Shown here piece after piece: positions 37,176 to 51,909 of a stretch of DNA of 64,000 nucleotides; position 1 is the first letter of the stretch, and every line of letters begins with the position of its first letter. The stretch comes from Takakia lepidozioides (lineage: Eukaryota; Plantae; Bryophyta): NCBI GenBank assembly GCA_030704615.1, contig CM060731.1:78058001-78122000 (forward strand), written 5' to 3'. A program made the translations under genes and the position numbers. The notes below the pieces were generated by a model, which was not told where the DNA came from, did not search any database, and was given only the letters and a program-made list of their open reading frames with translations.

Positions 37176-40100
37176 TTAGCCATTTGTGGATTTGTAATGA
37201 TCATCATCAATGGTAGAGTATATAAAGCCCTCATTCACCAGGAACTCAATGGCCTCCCTGCACAAACACCCTTTCATTTGTCAAGCACTCATCAAGCAAT
37301 ATCCAAAAGTTGTATCAGCTGCCACTGCTTGAAACTGGTCTACATGAAGCACATCATTAGCACAGAATCAGACTTACCTGACTTGATGTTTTGAATAACC
37401 AGCCATTCTCTTCGCAACTTGTTCAATATGAAGCCCCTGTTCAATTTGCCTGCAATGGAGAAAGTTTGGAATCCTTGTGAGCGGAGCAGAGACTTACCAC
37501 AACTTCCCAGAGTCTTCTTTAAGTTTCTCTTTGTGGGATACTATTCACCAACTTTCAAAATCTTGAGCTGAGCCTAAAGCCCTGGCCCTGTTGGGTGTAA
37601 CTTTTGGGCTGCTCACACACAGCAGATTGATGCTTATGTGAAGGGCTCTCAAGAAACTAACTGTCTGTATCAAGGTAAGTCACTACTGGGTGAGCCCCTC
37701 ACAAAGAAAGTGTCCCTTCCCTATGCTTCCGTCCAAACTGGGCGCGGTGTCTATGGCCACAAGGCTATGGCAAATGAAGTCTGAGAGTACAGTCTGTGGG
37801 ATACTCATGCCGGCTTTCCGGCGTAAAAGGTCATGTTGCCCAACCACTATCCCTGCAACAGAAAAATCATTAATGTAACTCAATTTGTCAAGGAATGTCA
37901 AAATCAAGTATTCCAGGTAAGTGACGGAGACCAAAAGACCCTCCCCACGAGAAGGAAAGGGAGTGTACAAGCTAGCAGGTTCCTCGAAGATGGCATGCAC
38001 GCGTTTTTGGCATTCATCGACACCTCCACTTGCTGCCTGTGCGGCAGGAGGCATGTACTGCATCCAACACCCACCCACCATCTCACGCCTTAGAAAGGTG
38101 AAAGCAGTCTCATCCAAATGGCTTAGTTCCAGAATGCAGAGAACTTAACCATCAGGGACTGGAGGGAAGGTCAGGGGTGGCGTGTGGGGTTGACATGTAG
38201 TAACGGATGCTGCACTGAAAATACCCCAGAAATCACCCCATAAAGGCCTGCCAATAATTTCCAGAAACACAAACATGCATGAAATTCAGCCCAACAAGTG
38301 TTGAAGCATGGTGCTAGCACCTGGTTGTAGATGCTGGGATTGGAAGCTGTCACGGCAGTCCCATTCACCAATCCATAGGTACTTGTGCTCACAGGTGTTG
38401 AAGCTGCTTCTTTGCCTCCCTGCTTCCTCACACCAGTCGTGAGACAGAACCAGAGAGACAGATAGATGCGACAAAGAGGCAAGTACACACCAAAAGGAGG
38501 GACTGGGGATGAAGAAAATTCAGCTACCTGCATTGAGTGTATATTATATCAACTCATGACCCAAGAGACATGAAATGATACATAAAAATGTCCGCGGAAA
38601 GCAGAGTGAAACACACATCATCAGCCAAGGTCTGAAACATGACAACATGAGATGATACCTGAGCTCTCAAATTCGAGAGATGCACATATATAACTTCCAG
38701 GAAATGGAAGGTGACCTCATTAAAATCTGTGATTGGCCTGCATCCAGAATAACCATCAGCAATCAACCATCTTACAGTCTCAAAGTTTTCCAGATGTGTA
38801 CGTTTGCTGATATGTGACATTACTCTCTAAGCCAAATTATGTGTAAGCACAGGTGATATGAAGAACAGCAGCTACTTTACATGAATTGTTACCAGCCCCT
38901 GGTAACCCTGCCATCTTTGGCTGAGGTCGTGTAAAGAGGGTTTCGACTCATAACATGATCTGCACTTATATCCTAAATGAAAGGGGATGAAGAATACACT
39001 TCACCTTCACGTGTGCAATTTATACCACCAAGTCAATGTGTAATACACGGGTGACGAATGAATGCAAACAAAGATGCTTATGTTGACAGAAGTTCTGTGA
39101 TGAAATAAGCCTGATGGCGTTTCACCCACCTTACAGAAAATGCAACAACATTGAGTTTTCCTTGAAAGGACCGCAGGTGACCATGCACTCGAACATATGC
39201 AAGATTCCTGCACACAGTCAAGGGAAAAGAAATTAATATTGGGCTGGCACAGTAGAAACACAACCCCTGCCTGTGACAGAACTTCCATTACCAGATTTTA
39301 AATATTACAAACTATGGAGAACAAGCTAGCAGGCTAAAAGCCTGACAATTCCTCCAGTTACTTTGGTGCATGTCTGACCTGTGCAAATTGGCGCGATGTT
39401 TGCTACATTTAAATGGCCAAAATGACAAACAAAATCACTGGGCTCTACTGCTTCAACAAGCAGTTGGAATGTGACAACTTTAAGGGTGGAACAAGTCATG
39501 GGAGAGACAATGCAGGAGGTTTGAGTTGAGGGCGAAAGAAAATGCTTACTGCACACTCTGCATTTCCATACTCTCAAATGAGTCCTGGCCATCAATCCTG
39601 CAACCGAAGCAAAGCATAGTTGTTGAACAACCAATACCCAGTAATAATCCTCCTTAAATTCAAACACATAAGTGGAGTACGAAGAAGCCAGAGAACTTAA
39701 ATAGAAATGGCCAAGGCTAAATAGAAACGGCTCCTAGGATTGCAGATGTCTTGAACAAACATGCTCCTTGCCAGCCCCAGAGAGAGCAGCATGATCAGAA
39801 GTTTGACATGCACTATGATCTGTCAGGTATGAAGCCATCCATGACACAGCAAAGCAAGGATAATACTAACCAGCGCTTTACTTCAATTCGACCAGTGGTG
39901 TCATCCAGAAGAAAGGAAACATCTGTAGCTCGCTCTTGCTTGTTGTGCACCATCCCTACCAAAGTCACCTACATCGTAATTCATTCCAACAATGAATCAG
40001 GGTTATACATGTTAGCGCCACCTTCAACGATCAAAACTAAATCTGGTTGCTGTGATGGCCCAGTAGCACTGTTGAAGTGAGGTATACACTACGTGAGATA

Positions 40101-41325
40101 CCTGTAACTTCCATAGTTCTTTGCTGGACGTGAGAATTATACTGACAACACCATAAGGATCTATGAATTGAGAACTGGCATCCTGCCTACCGGGATCTAA
40201 TTCTCACCTACTGAGCATGACAGAAGGGATGGAAGGGAAAGCAACAAAGCCAGGTGTTATCAAAGTTCAGTACTTGACAGACATTGACAGCATCAATGTA
40301 TGGTTGTAAAAGGAAATCAGAGAGTACAGTGAAGATGGACGAATACACCAACCCCACCATAAAGAAAAAGGTGCCGAGGAAGGGAGGAAAGGAGATGGGA
40401 GGGCACATACATTGTTGACATCTACGCCATCAACATAAAAGTTGTCGTCCGAGGGCTTCTGGGTCGTCTGACTGATCATCTTCACAGTCAAAGGTTGAAG
40501 CCCGCTGTTTTTGGTGACGCCTTTCTGTCATGTACCGCTCACTTTACTCAGATCCAGCACTCTTCCATACCTCACTCTAGTTTAGCTTGACCAAGACTCA
40601 GCTTGCACGTAGGCAATTCTGTACTCAATTGGGTACCATTCAGGCCATATCCGCCAAAGAAGATCTCTGAATTAAACCCTCCTCAGATCTCGCATAACCA
40701 TCCCGAAGTAAAATCCAGCTGAAGAGTGAAACTTTCAGCATTGCTTTCTTAAGGCACCAAGCAAATTATTTCTACGCACAGGAAATACGATACAATCAGT
40801 ACAAAGCTCCGTGTCACATATGGTCTCTCCGGAGCCCAAAATTCGACCACCTAAAAGCCTCTGCACGGCAAGAGTTTATCTTGTCGCTTCCCGCAGCACA
40901 TCCAGTTACAAATAATCCTGGATGCCATCAAAGAGCTTCCATTACCAGAAGGGGTAATTCTCAGCAGGACTCAGCAAGATGTGAGTTTCCATGCTTCGCA
41001 AGGCGGAGCTTCAACACATGAAGCTGATAGCAGAAACAGGAGTATCCTCCCCCTTAAGGGCAAATAATCTCCTCTAAGGCAAGCAAGTTCAGTTCCAATT
41101 ACAGAAGAGGAAAAGACAGACCTTCAACAGCACAGCCCTACAGAACTTCCATGAACAGAACTCATGAGAACTCCCTATAAACAAGCCAAGCTCCTGGTTT
41201 GAGAGACAAAACGATATCCAAAGTACCCGGCCATCAGCAGAACCAAAATCCGTGGTAGGTTGAGACTGCGAGGCCATAAACCCTCCTCCTCCGAACAGTG
41301 ATCCGGCTGCGCCATCTGAGTACAT
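37176..41325 (-). CDS. RPA2: Replication protein A 32-kDa subunit
   Basis: [77 protein letters not shown]. Confidence 0.95.
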
Positions 41326-41441
41326 CTCTCCACTCCTCCTTTCCTCAACACCCCAATCCCTCACACAAATTCTCAGAAACACGAAGAGCAGCAGACGAGC
41401 AGACGCAGCAGCACGAGCTGTAGACTCTAGACATAGATAAT

Positions 41442-41449
41442 GGCGGGAA
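41442..41449 (-). promoter_or_regulatory. E2F-like site upstream of RPA2
   Basis: TTCCCGCC about 120 bp upstream of the ATG; replication genes are typical E2F targets; imperfect consensus match. Confidence 0.4.
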
Positions 41450-42681
41450 CATTCCGACCTCCAGTTACACCTCATAACCACTGGACAAAACCAGATGCTC
41501 TCGAAAACCCACCGGATTAATTGATCTACCCAAGGAATAATCACAATATTTCTCCTTTCTATTTTCTTAAGGGGATATCGACGCCGCAGTGTTTCTGTTT
41601 TGAAATTTGGAAAATAACAGGTGAGTTTTGCCATATTCTCTGTTCATCCACTGAAATTTGGATAGAATCATCCTCCTCTGTACATTCATCCATATTTGAC
41701 GAACTCATCCAAGATTTATATTTTATTTGGAGAAGTTTGGCGATTTCATCCATGAGAAAACAGGGTATTGACTATTTATGTCAGAATATTCCATTTTATT
41801 CTTTGAGGTCGAAAAAGTGCGAAATTTTGCCAGAAATAAAAACACTTGAGATTCGATGGCTCATAATAGAAAAATAAGGTGTCCAGCCTTGTCCACTTCC
41901 TTTTCAGGAAAAAAAAAAAAAAAAAAAAAAACCCAGACCCGAAGGCCGATGAACCAGCATGGGATTGAACCCTCGACGCACGGATAGCAAACCTCTGGGC
42001 CGCCACCACACAATTTTCTTACGAAGACAAATACTATACTATAATGGAATTCGAGTTCATTGTGTTGTGTTGGGACGTTGTGGTTTGAGCACAGGACCAC
42101 CTCCTCGAATGTGGGCAGAGGGTCGTTAATTAACGACTGTTGGGATCTGGTGTGTGGGACGCTCACAGGAGACAGACGCTGCATAGCGACGCAAACACGA
42201 AGCTTTTGAGAGGGAGACGGGGAGAAACGATGACGCCATAGCTCCTTGCACTGGTGTTCACGGGAAGAGATTGTATACTGTTGATGGAATGATAACAGTG
42301 GCGAAGGTGATATGAGGAAAATCGGTTGCAGGAGTGACAGAAGGAGCGGTGAAGTGTCCACTTGAAGAAAGCGGAGGAAATTTTTGCACACTGGAATGTA
42401 ATTTTTTGTGCAAGAGAAGGAACTTAAGCATAATGAGGAGGGGAAGTTGAAGAAGATGGCCACGGGGGTCTTTGATGTTAACGGATCCCTGATGAGATTA
42501 TTAAGATAGCGATATAGAGGGGAGGCTGGGAAAAGAAATTTGAAAGGAGGATCAGTGTGGTCGGGATGGGGAGGGAAGGTGAAGGAAATCGTTGGGATCT
42601 GTAATACAAACGGAGGATTGAAGACTTTCGCGGTCAGATTTGAGTGAGACAGAGAGTTGAATTGTGTGGAAGCGAGGCACA

Positions 42682-44454
42682 ATGCCGGCATCACAATTGT
42701 TGTTGGAGGAGCCACTACGGCTGGCCTCTATATTGGAGCCATCGCCAGCTACTGCATTTTCAACTCTGACAAAGATCATTGGAACACTGGGTCCTCAGTC
42801 GCGCAGTGTGGAGACCCTGGAGGCACTGCTAGAAGCTGGCATGTCGGTGGCCCGCTTTGATTTCTCATGGGGAGATGATGCATACCACCAAGAGACACTT
42901 GAAAATTTGAAGACAGCTGTGAAGAACACGCGGCGTCTGTGTGCTGTGATGTTGGATACAGTGGGGCCAGAGCTGCAAGTGGTGAACAACAAGGAAGCGT
43001 CGATTGAGCTTGAGGAGGGGAAAGAGGTACTTTTGACGGCGGACAAGACCAAGCAGGCATCATCCAAAATCTTGCCAGTGAACTTTTCAGAGCTTTCTTA
43101 CGCAGTAAAACCAGGTGATACCATTTTTGTTGGGCAGTATCTTTTCACTGGAAGTGAGAGTACGTCTGTCTGGCTTGAAGTCAAAGACACGCAAGGGGTA
43201 GATGTGGTGTGCCAAGTAAAGAATAGTGCAACTCTTACAGGTAATCTCTTCACAGCACTTGCCTCTGCAGTTCGCATTGGGCTCCCAACATTGAACGATG
43301 TTGACAAAGCGGCACTGGCAAATTGGGGAGTGCGCAACCAGATTGATTTTGTGTCCCTGTCTTACACCCGACATGCTAATGATGTGAGATTGGCACGCAC
43401 TCATTTGTCAAAACTAGGGGAACTTCGTCAGACACAAATCTTTGCAAAAATTGAGAATGTAGAAGGCTTGGAGCACTTTGATGAGATTCTAAAGGAGGCT
43501 GATGGAATTATCCTCTCTCGCGGAAACCTTGGGATCGATCTGCCTCCAGAGAAAGTGTTTCTATTCCAGAAAGCAGCAATTCAGAAGTGCAACCTGGCAG
43601 GAAAGCCGGCTATTATCACTCGTGTTGTGGATTCCATGGTTGACAGTCCCCGGCCAACTCGTGCCGAAGCAACTGATGTTGCCAACGCAGTTCTTGATGG
43701 AACAGATGGAATTATGCTCGGGGCTGAGACTCTCAGGGGCATGTATCCTGTGGAAAGTGTCACAACTGTTCGCAAAATCTGTGGGGAGGCAGAGAAAGTA
43801 TACAATCAAGCTGCCTATTTCAAGCGAACAGTGAAACATGTTGGGGAACCCATGCAACATCTGGAGTCCATTGCATCCTCAGCTGTCAGAGCTGCCTCAA
43901 AAGTCAGGGCATCTGTAATTGTGGTGTTCACATCATCAGGACGTGCTGCCCGATTGATCGCCAAATACCGGCCAACAATGCCAGTGCTCACAGTAGTGAT
44001 TCCAAGGCTCACTACAGACCACCTACGCTGGAGTTTCACTGGGGCATTCCAGGCCAGGCAATGTCTTATAGTCAGGGGACTTTTCCCCATGCTTGCTGAT
44101 CCTCGACACCCTGCTGATTCTGCAACCACTACAAATGAGTCCATTTTGAAGGTATGACACTCCATTCGAGGATTAGATAACAATGTCTTTAAAGGCTCTT
44201 CGGCTGCACACACTGTGCCAGTGTCTATCTGGCTAGTACATTGATGGACAGCACGTAGTCCTGTCGCAGACGACGATTTACGTAGATTTTGGGGTGTGTC
44301 ACCTTGCACTCCACCTAATTTTTTTCCTGCATTGCACTTGCAGGTCGCCCTGGATCATGGGAAAGCAGCAGGCATCGTCAAGGAACACGACCGAATCGTG
44401 GTATGCCAAAAAATCGGGGACTCGTCCCTGGTCAAAATTCATGAGCTGGAATGA
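42682..44454 (+). CDS. PK: Cytosolic pyruvate kinase, two exons (42682-44151, 44344-44454)
   Basis: [63 protein letters not shown]; last exon [17 protein letters not shown]. Confidence 0.97.
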
Positions 44455-47400
44455 GTTGTCTTTCTTGAAGTTTTTGATCTGTAGCTATTTCCAATGCATT
44501 CATGGTGGCAGCTTGTCTAACTTTACGACAAGCACCAAACGATGCAACTGCTTTGCCTACGCTCTAAAGCCCATGCCGAGAGTGTAGCGTGTACTCTGAG
44601 TTGACCTGCTTTCCGGTTGCCCATGATAGAGCCATGTTCTGGTCCTCTTTGCCACCGGAGCTTGCTCTCATGGATGGTTTTTGCCAAAACAAAAGCTATG
44701 GGCAACACCTTATTACTTTCCTGAATAATGAAATGATCAGAAATGAATAAGACATATCTGGCAGACATTTGACTTCAGGCTACCTGTGCCTGTTGCAGCT
44801 TTTTGGGAGGCTTGATGGTGTTGGTAACAAACCTCACTGGAAGCTCACAGAAGAAATCATAGAAGAAACCTTGAAAGTAGTTGAAGGAACATGTATTTTG
44901 TTTGGTACTTGAGGTAACAGTCTTGCTTCCAGTCCTAGCGCCTCCTTGGCTAACTTCGAACCCATGTTAATGGCCCTTTTTCTTGGCCAAGTGTATCTCC
45001 CCATCTTTTTAAGTATATGCAGCAGAGTGCTCAGGACTCTGAGTAGCACCAGCATCTTCTTCTTCCTCTTGTTGAATGCTATCATCTCCTCACTTCCCAT
45101 GGATCTCGAGCAGCAAGACAGGCAACAGCTCAAGACTCGCTCAAGACTCATCAACTTCATTCCCCTCCTCCACTTGGTATACAGCTTTCATGCAGTGGGT
45201 CATGCAGAAGAAAACGAATGAAGTAGCGCCACGTATGTTTTCGCAATGCGTAATGTTTCTCATCACGTGTGTTGACGAATCCCCAACAGCCACGTGCCCC
45301 AAATCACGTGAGTTTGCCCTAGTTGGAGCCCGTTGTCTCCTTCCTCACACTGTCAGTCTGTCTCAGAGAGGGACAGTCAAAATTGTGTGTCGTTGCGAGC
45401 TTGCTGCGCTCCATCGCCACTGAAAGTCTACATCGGCGAAGGGTGCAAAGAAAGAGTGAGTGTTTGTATGTGCACGCCTGCACAGCGCGGTGAGTGGAAG
45501 GAAAATCTATGGCCATAACTAAGAACGGCTTGCAGCTCATGTTGTACCATCCCCTCCCTTGGGATCTTCACAATCACCCCGAAGGCATCGTTGTGCAGGT
45601 ACGCTGCATTGGACAGAACCGATTAAGCTGATAGGTAAAGGAAGAATTGCGTCCTTTGAAGGTCGGGCACCGCGGGATCCTTGCTAATTCCATGTCCTTT
45701 GCAACATAGCTGTTGTGGATGCATCTATGGACTGTATGCTGCGGGCTGTGCTGGCTCCGGCGAGAATGTCTCACTGATGGGATAAGTGTAAATCGTTTGC
45801 AGGTGTAACCTGAGGTACTCAAAGTACCGAACACGTACACGTACGTTCTTTTCCTAAACTTGCAGCATACTCGGACTAAGGAGACTGAATGTGGCGTAGC
45901 GAGTCATGTAACGTCGGGAAGATTGCTTTTAATCTTTGTCGCTCTTCCTATTTCGCTCCATCATTCTATAGCTAGTTAGTAAGTGAGTAAATGGAGGTTT
46001 TGATCAGTGAGGAAGGTTGGAAGAGTGTGGAGGCGTCGTGGATGTCTGAAGATGTACGTTATCTCTATGCGATCTCAGACTTTTCTCCATACAATAGCTG
46101 GGTTGGGCCTCATCAGCCTGATTTTGTGGCGTGGAACAGAGAGTTTTTCTCGAATGGAGAGATGTCAATTGTACAGAGGGAGCTCTTGCAATTTATCTCA
46201 CTGGACCCATGATGTTTGACATGTGCACAACGATTTCCTCCATCCAGGGCAGTGCCACATACAAATGAGACTGGCATACCATACAAGACTAAGAGCTGAT
46301 TCAAGTATTATAGCCGCCATGAACGAGAACTGATTAGGCAGACTGCTGCGGCTGTGGGCGGGGTGGTATGGTAACCCCTGGAGAATACTACACTGTAGTA
46401 TTCTCTGATGAGCTTGTAGTATTTACTGGAGAGCAGCCATTCTTTTAGTGGCGAATAATCGCCAGATTTCGACCTCACGCGGGTCTTGGCGACAGGGGTA
46501 AAGGGAAATGAGGCTGAAAAATCATCACTTTTCGCCAAAAGCTGATCTGATGGGCCCACCATTCGCTAGAGGGGCCGCCACAGGGAGGCACATGGCGCCA
46601 TACTGAGTGAAGACAGTTTACAGCAGAGGAGCCAGATCCCACCGACCACGTGCAGGACATCGCCACATTCTGAGTGCCCGGGAGGACGTGGGGCCAGCTA
46701 TGTTGCCCATTTTTGGGCATATATATATATATATGGGTAAGTATAGTATAGTCTATATAGATAGATTTGTTAGTAATAAATGTAAGATATGTGTATGGGT
46801 AGCTTAGTGGTAGAGATCTCCCTTCTAAATCAATCGACTTGGTGTCCAATTCCTAACACCTCAATGTTTTTTTGATAGCAACCTGGTTTGGATGATAAAG
46901 TTCCTAAATATGAAAAAGGTGGGCACGGAGGAGGGCAAAAGGGTGACTACAGAGGAGGATGATAATCAAAAGGGTGGCAGAGGGTTACAAAAACGGAATA
47001 AGAATGTCATTTATTCATTGTTTTTGGGATGAAAGGACACATGTCAGCAAGTTTAGGACCTAAAAAACAAAAAAACCTAAAACACACATCTTCTTTCTTC
47101 TTTCATTTTTTTGCCTCTCATTTTAAGATAATAGGGTCTTCAATGGGCACGTGCGATGTGGCCGGTGGGCCCCGCGCACGGACGCCCGCCCCGCCGCCGC
47201 TGCGCGCGGTCACCCAGCCGCGGGCGCGGCTGCAGCAACCGCGCCCGCGCCCCCGTCCGCCGCGCGGCCAGTCCCCCGCCCATGAGTCCGTTGCCCTCCA
47301 GTCTGCCAGTCTGCTGCCCAGCAGTCTGCCAGTCCGCCAGTCCGGTGCTGGCTAGTCCGCTGGCCAGTCCCCTGCCATCCAGTCCGCTGACGGCGTAGGA

Positions 47401-47596
47401 TCGCCACTGTCCATTCTCATAACCCATCCGAGCCCTCCATTTTTAGGGCTGCAATTCAAACCTGCATCCCTGGCGCCTGCCACTTGCCAATAGCCGCGAA
47501 CGTGTACACTGTTCTCCTGGCACATTGTCGATCGTGTCTTGTACTGCGGTGCGTTTCTTGCATGTTCAGAAGCGTGTCATTTGTACTGTATAGGGC

Positions 47597-50500
47597 ATGG
47601 ACGTGGAAGCAAAACCCGATGATATACTGATCACGGAAAGCCCGCTTATACGGCCTCTTCGACAATGTTTGCAAACAGCAAAACCAGGACCCTACAACAT
47701 GAAGCATCTCCATTGGAAGAGTGAGACGCAATATGGGTTTATGGGTGTGCGAGTAAATGTTGAAAAGGCCTGCATACCTTGGGATAGAGTTGGTGACTTC
47801 GTCCTGGGAGAGGAGAGTTCGGAGGACTACCCCACTCAGTTTTGGGTGAATGTCCATTCTAAAGTGGAACCCGGCTCGCGAAAAGCACCTAGAGCCAACA
47901 CATTTCTGTCCAGTATTATGTGTGCACCATCCTCAGTCCTTTTGACGTTTCATTGCATGTCTGTTGCCATTTTTTGTTTCACGAGTTCTCTGATTTTATG
48001 CTTCCTCAAGTCGTTGGATATCGATTTTAGAATTTTCTGTCCATGTATCAATGCTGCTATGGTCCTGATGACAAGCACACCAACAAGGCAATAGTGGAGG
48101 ATCCAAAACAGAAGCGTGGAGGACCTCTTGTGGGTGCTGGAACATCTTGCCCTCATAAAGGCCCAAGGAGAAAGAAGTCGGAGTATGGAGAGTCTTACAA
48201 ACATGGTTGCCAATGTTGTTTCAAGGTCCAGCAATGCTATCTCGCCCCTGACATCTGTGTCCTCACGTACTACAATAACATGGAGCATACAGATGCGCAA
48301 GGGAAACCCTCGCATGGGAAGTCCACAGAGTTCAGGAACACCCGCCACGCCTATGCACCACACATTAGCGAGGAATTGAAAGCCTGGGTCATCGAGTGTT
48401 TGTGCCGAGGCCTATCGGTCGCCCAAATCATGATGGAGCATAAAGAGCACGTGATGAACAACACCGACTTGGGCGATGTATGGACCCGCAATGATTTCTT
48501 GTTGGAGCAAGATGTTTGCAATCTTGCCGAGAAACGTGCATGGCAAACCTTCAAAAAGCACGCCGATGATGCAGAGAGTGTGCGCATGTAGAGAGACCAG
48601 AATCCTGCGTCCGTTTTTTTCTATCAAGAGGAGAAATTAGAGCCAACATTCGAGCATTTTAATGGAGATTTGACATTCACTATTGGCATACAGACTCCGT
48701 GGCAGAAACGACGAATGCTGGAACTAAGACATGACCGTATCGTTGCATGTGATGCAACCTTTGGGACAAATCATGACAAGGTACTATTTGAACGATTACA
48801 TGGACTTGTACGAGCATGATAGCATAGTACCATGCAACATTCACATAAAATTTGGTGTGCTGACCCTTTCTGTATATTTTCATGTGTACGTTGCGGAAGA
48901 CCGAGGGGCAGACCCATTGTGAACCGCTGCAGACCTCATCACTCTTATGAAGTCTTCTCATGCAGAACTTAGCGGAATTTGCATGCTCTGACCATCTTAC
49001 ATTGTGCATTCCAACAGTTCCCATTATACACGTTGATGGTCTTCGACGAATGGTTGAACGGTATACCAGTTGCCTATATCCTATCCGCAAGGAATCGGAC
49101 AAGAGACCTGGTTCCGTGGATGAGAGCCTTGCGCAATTCACTCCTCGCAGATTTGCCGAGCTGGCGATCCAATGCCTTCATTGTGGACGATGTCGAAGCA
49201 GAAATCAACGCTATTCGGTAAGTCTGTTGGTCCACAACACCGATCCATTGTCGAGGTCCATTGTAGCAGTCCATTACTACAGTCCACTAGCAGACTCCTG
49301 TGGCGAAACCCGATGGCAGTTCGCTGGGCAAATCCACTGGTAGTCCGCTGTCAAGTCCGCTCATCAGTCCCCTGGCAAGTCCGCTCGGCAGTCCGCTGCC
49401 AAGTCCACTCAGCAGTCCCTGGGGTCGGCCGTCCGCTGCCAAGTCCACTCGGCAGTCCCTGGCAAGTCCGCTCGGTAGTCCGCTATGGCAATCCAATGGG
49501 GCAGTCCGCTGATGCAGTCCGCTGCCCCAGTCCTAGCTAGGGGAAGCCCAATGGGGAAGTCCACTGGGTAGTCCAATGGGGTTATTCCAGCACATCAACG
49601 TCATGGCATTGTACTGTCCACTGGGCGAGTCCAGTGGCTCTGCCCGCTGATACAGGTCGCTGTTATAGTCCACTCCGGCAGTCCACCATTGCAGTCCGAT
49701 CCCAAGACTCTAATGTGTACCATGTGTGTTGTGCAGAATTGTTTTTGAATGAGTACTCATTTTCCTCTGCCTTTGGCATGTCCGCAAGGCATGGGTGAAG
49801 CAATCATGCAAGAAAACGAAGGATCCGGTGACCGTTGTAAACTTGTTGAAGGATATGAGAGACCTCATGTACTGTAGAGGGGGACCACGTAACGAGAAAA
49901 GAGCGCTTCGCTGGGTTGCAAGGAGAATCCGTCGTATGAGGTCAAAATACCCGAAAGGACATGAATTTCTTGACTATATCGAACAGTGCTGGAAGCCCAA
50001 AATAGCAATGTGGTGTACAGCAGCCCGCCATGTCCCTCATGCGAGCCAAGACATAAATGCAAGCATTGAGGCATACCATGGAAATCTGAAGGCAAGACTT
50101 GACATGGGGAAAGGCAAGATAAGTGGTCGTAGAGTGGACTGGCTTATATGGGAACTCACTGGCCGTGTGCTAATACACTACTGGTAGGCAATCCATTTGA
50201 AGACCCACGGGTTCATAAGAAATGACAAACACGAAAAGTACATATCCAGTTCTATACTTGCGGCACGAGACATTCCTGCTGAGAGTGTTACTCTTCCCTT
50301 GGGTCCTGGTGAACCAGCCTACGTTCTCAGCAGCAACCACCCCGGCACAACATACATTGTTTACAATCTTGATTGCGATTGGGGTTGTTGCACGTGCCCA
50401 TGGGCAATGAAGGGAAACTTATGCAAGCATCAGGTCCGTGTCCTGAAGATGCTTCACCCTGACCTACAGGATGGCCTCCTTGTGCGCGCTTGTGGCACGG

Positions 50501-50991
50501 CGCTGGGAACCATTCATGGAGGATTACCTAACTTGCTGTTGGGCAATGGTGCCGGCGGCAACGACGAATCCAATCAGTTCATGGAAAGACATCCTCCGGA
50601 CGACTTCCCCTACGACGAGGCACCTCTGGAGGTCTCAGCCTCAATGGAACAAGAATTCGCGGACATACTTCGCATTGTAGGTGATGACAAATACCTGGAG
50701 GCACATGCCCGATCTGCTCTTCATATGTGCAGAGGGCAGCTCATTGATATCATGGCGAAAAGTGCGGCTGGAATGTTCCATCCTGCGGCAGCGAAGGCTT
50801 TCCATCCTCTGAACGACAACAACAACATGTCTCTGAAAATGAGACGAGATTTCGTGGAGGCCTGGAAAACCCGGCCTAGGGTTTTGTGGAGAACCAGCAA
50901 GAGGGTGTCTGCACCTGCACCTGCAGCACATATATATTCGAAAATTTGCAAGGTTTCAAGTCGTGTAGATGTCACGAAGAAGACAATATAA
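47597..50991 (+). pseudogene. MuDRA-like DDE transposase with SWIM zinc finger, spliced, with premature stops
   Basis: ACDATFGTN (D), FIVDDVEAE (D), LCLWHVRKAW (CxxH), ASIEAYHGNLK (E), SWIM CTCPWAMKGNLCKH; stops at 48589, 49750 and 50185. Confidence 0.93.
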
Positions 50992-51268
50992 GTCTGCAAT
51001 GCCTCGAAAAGAGACAAGGTTTCACGTCGTGTAGGTATCACGAAGAAGACAATATAAGTCTGCAATTCCTCAAAAAGAGACAAGATTTCACGTCATGTAG
51101 GTGTCACGAAGAAGACAATATAAGTCTGCAATGCCTCGAAAAGAGACAAGGTTTCACGTCGTGTAGGTATCACGAAGAAGACAATATAAGTCTGCAATTC
51201 CTCAAAAAGAGACAAGATTTCACGTCATGTAGGTGTCACGAAGAAGACAATATAAGTCTGCAATTCCT
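50949..51268 (+). repeat. 66-bp minisatellite, about 4.9 units, alternating as a 132-bp higher-order repeat
   Basis: Unit caaggtttcacgtcgtgtaggtatcacgaagaagacaatataagtctgcaattcctcaaaaagaga with alternating variants. Confidence 0.95.
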
Positions 51269-51909
51269 CTGGTAGCATTGTTCCTTTCTAAAATACAAAT
51301 CCGCAATGGACTAATGCACAGTCTCCCAACGGACTCCTCCAGTCTCCCAACTGACTCCCACACAGTCTCCCAAGCATAGTCTCCCAACGGATTCACGCAC
51401 AGTCTCCCAACAGAGTCACAGTCAACAGATTGCGAGCGCCAGTAAGCCAGTCTGCTGGTCAGTCTGCTGCCCACTCCAAAAGTCTGCTCACCACACTTCC
51501 ACCTCATCCCTGCAACTCTTCCAGCAGACTGCTGGACAGACTAAGTCTCAAGCAGACTTATCCACAACAGCAGACTCAAAATGGACAGGCTCCAGTGGAC
51601 TACCTCCCTAACGACTCATGCCAATCCAGCGTCCCATCAGACTCATGGACATGGTGCCTACCAGAATAGGTACCAGACCCACCAGTCCTAGCCTCGGCAG
51701 CGTACTGCTCGCACATTCAAGCTCAGCAGACTCGGGTGCAAAGTGCATGGAAAATTGACACCATTGTGTCCATTGAGTTTAGTGACAACATTACAAAACA
51801 TGCCAGCACACACAGTACACAAAAGTGCTCATCACCACTGGAATAGTAAGCGAAAAGACTCGCATTTTTTATTTCGGTACATAGACTTCACAGGAGAAGT
51901 ACATCATAC

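Noticed and set aside
41861-42715. 284-aa minus-strand ORF
   Set aside because: No recognisable domain, runs through a poly-A tract, and is antisense to the purine-rich pyruvate kinase leader.
44834-46560. Short ORFs that might be a decayed gene
   Set aside because: No motif I can recognise and no consistent frame; a translated search is needed.
50949-51268. CRISPR array or 22-aa repeat protein (ORF 50886-51275)
   Set aside because: No unique spacers and a eukaryotic context; the ORF is a by-product of a 66-bp unit.
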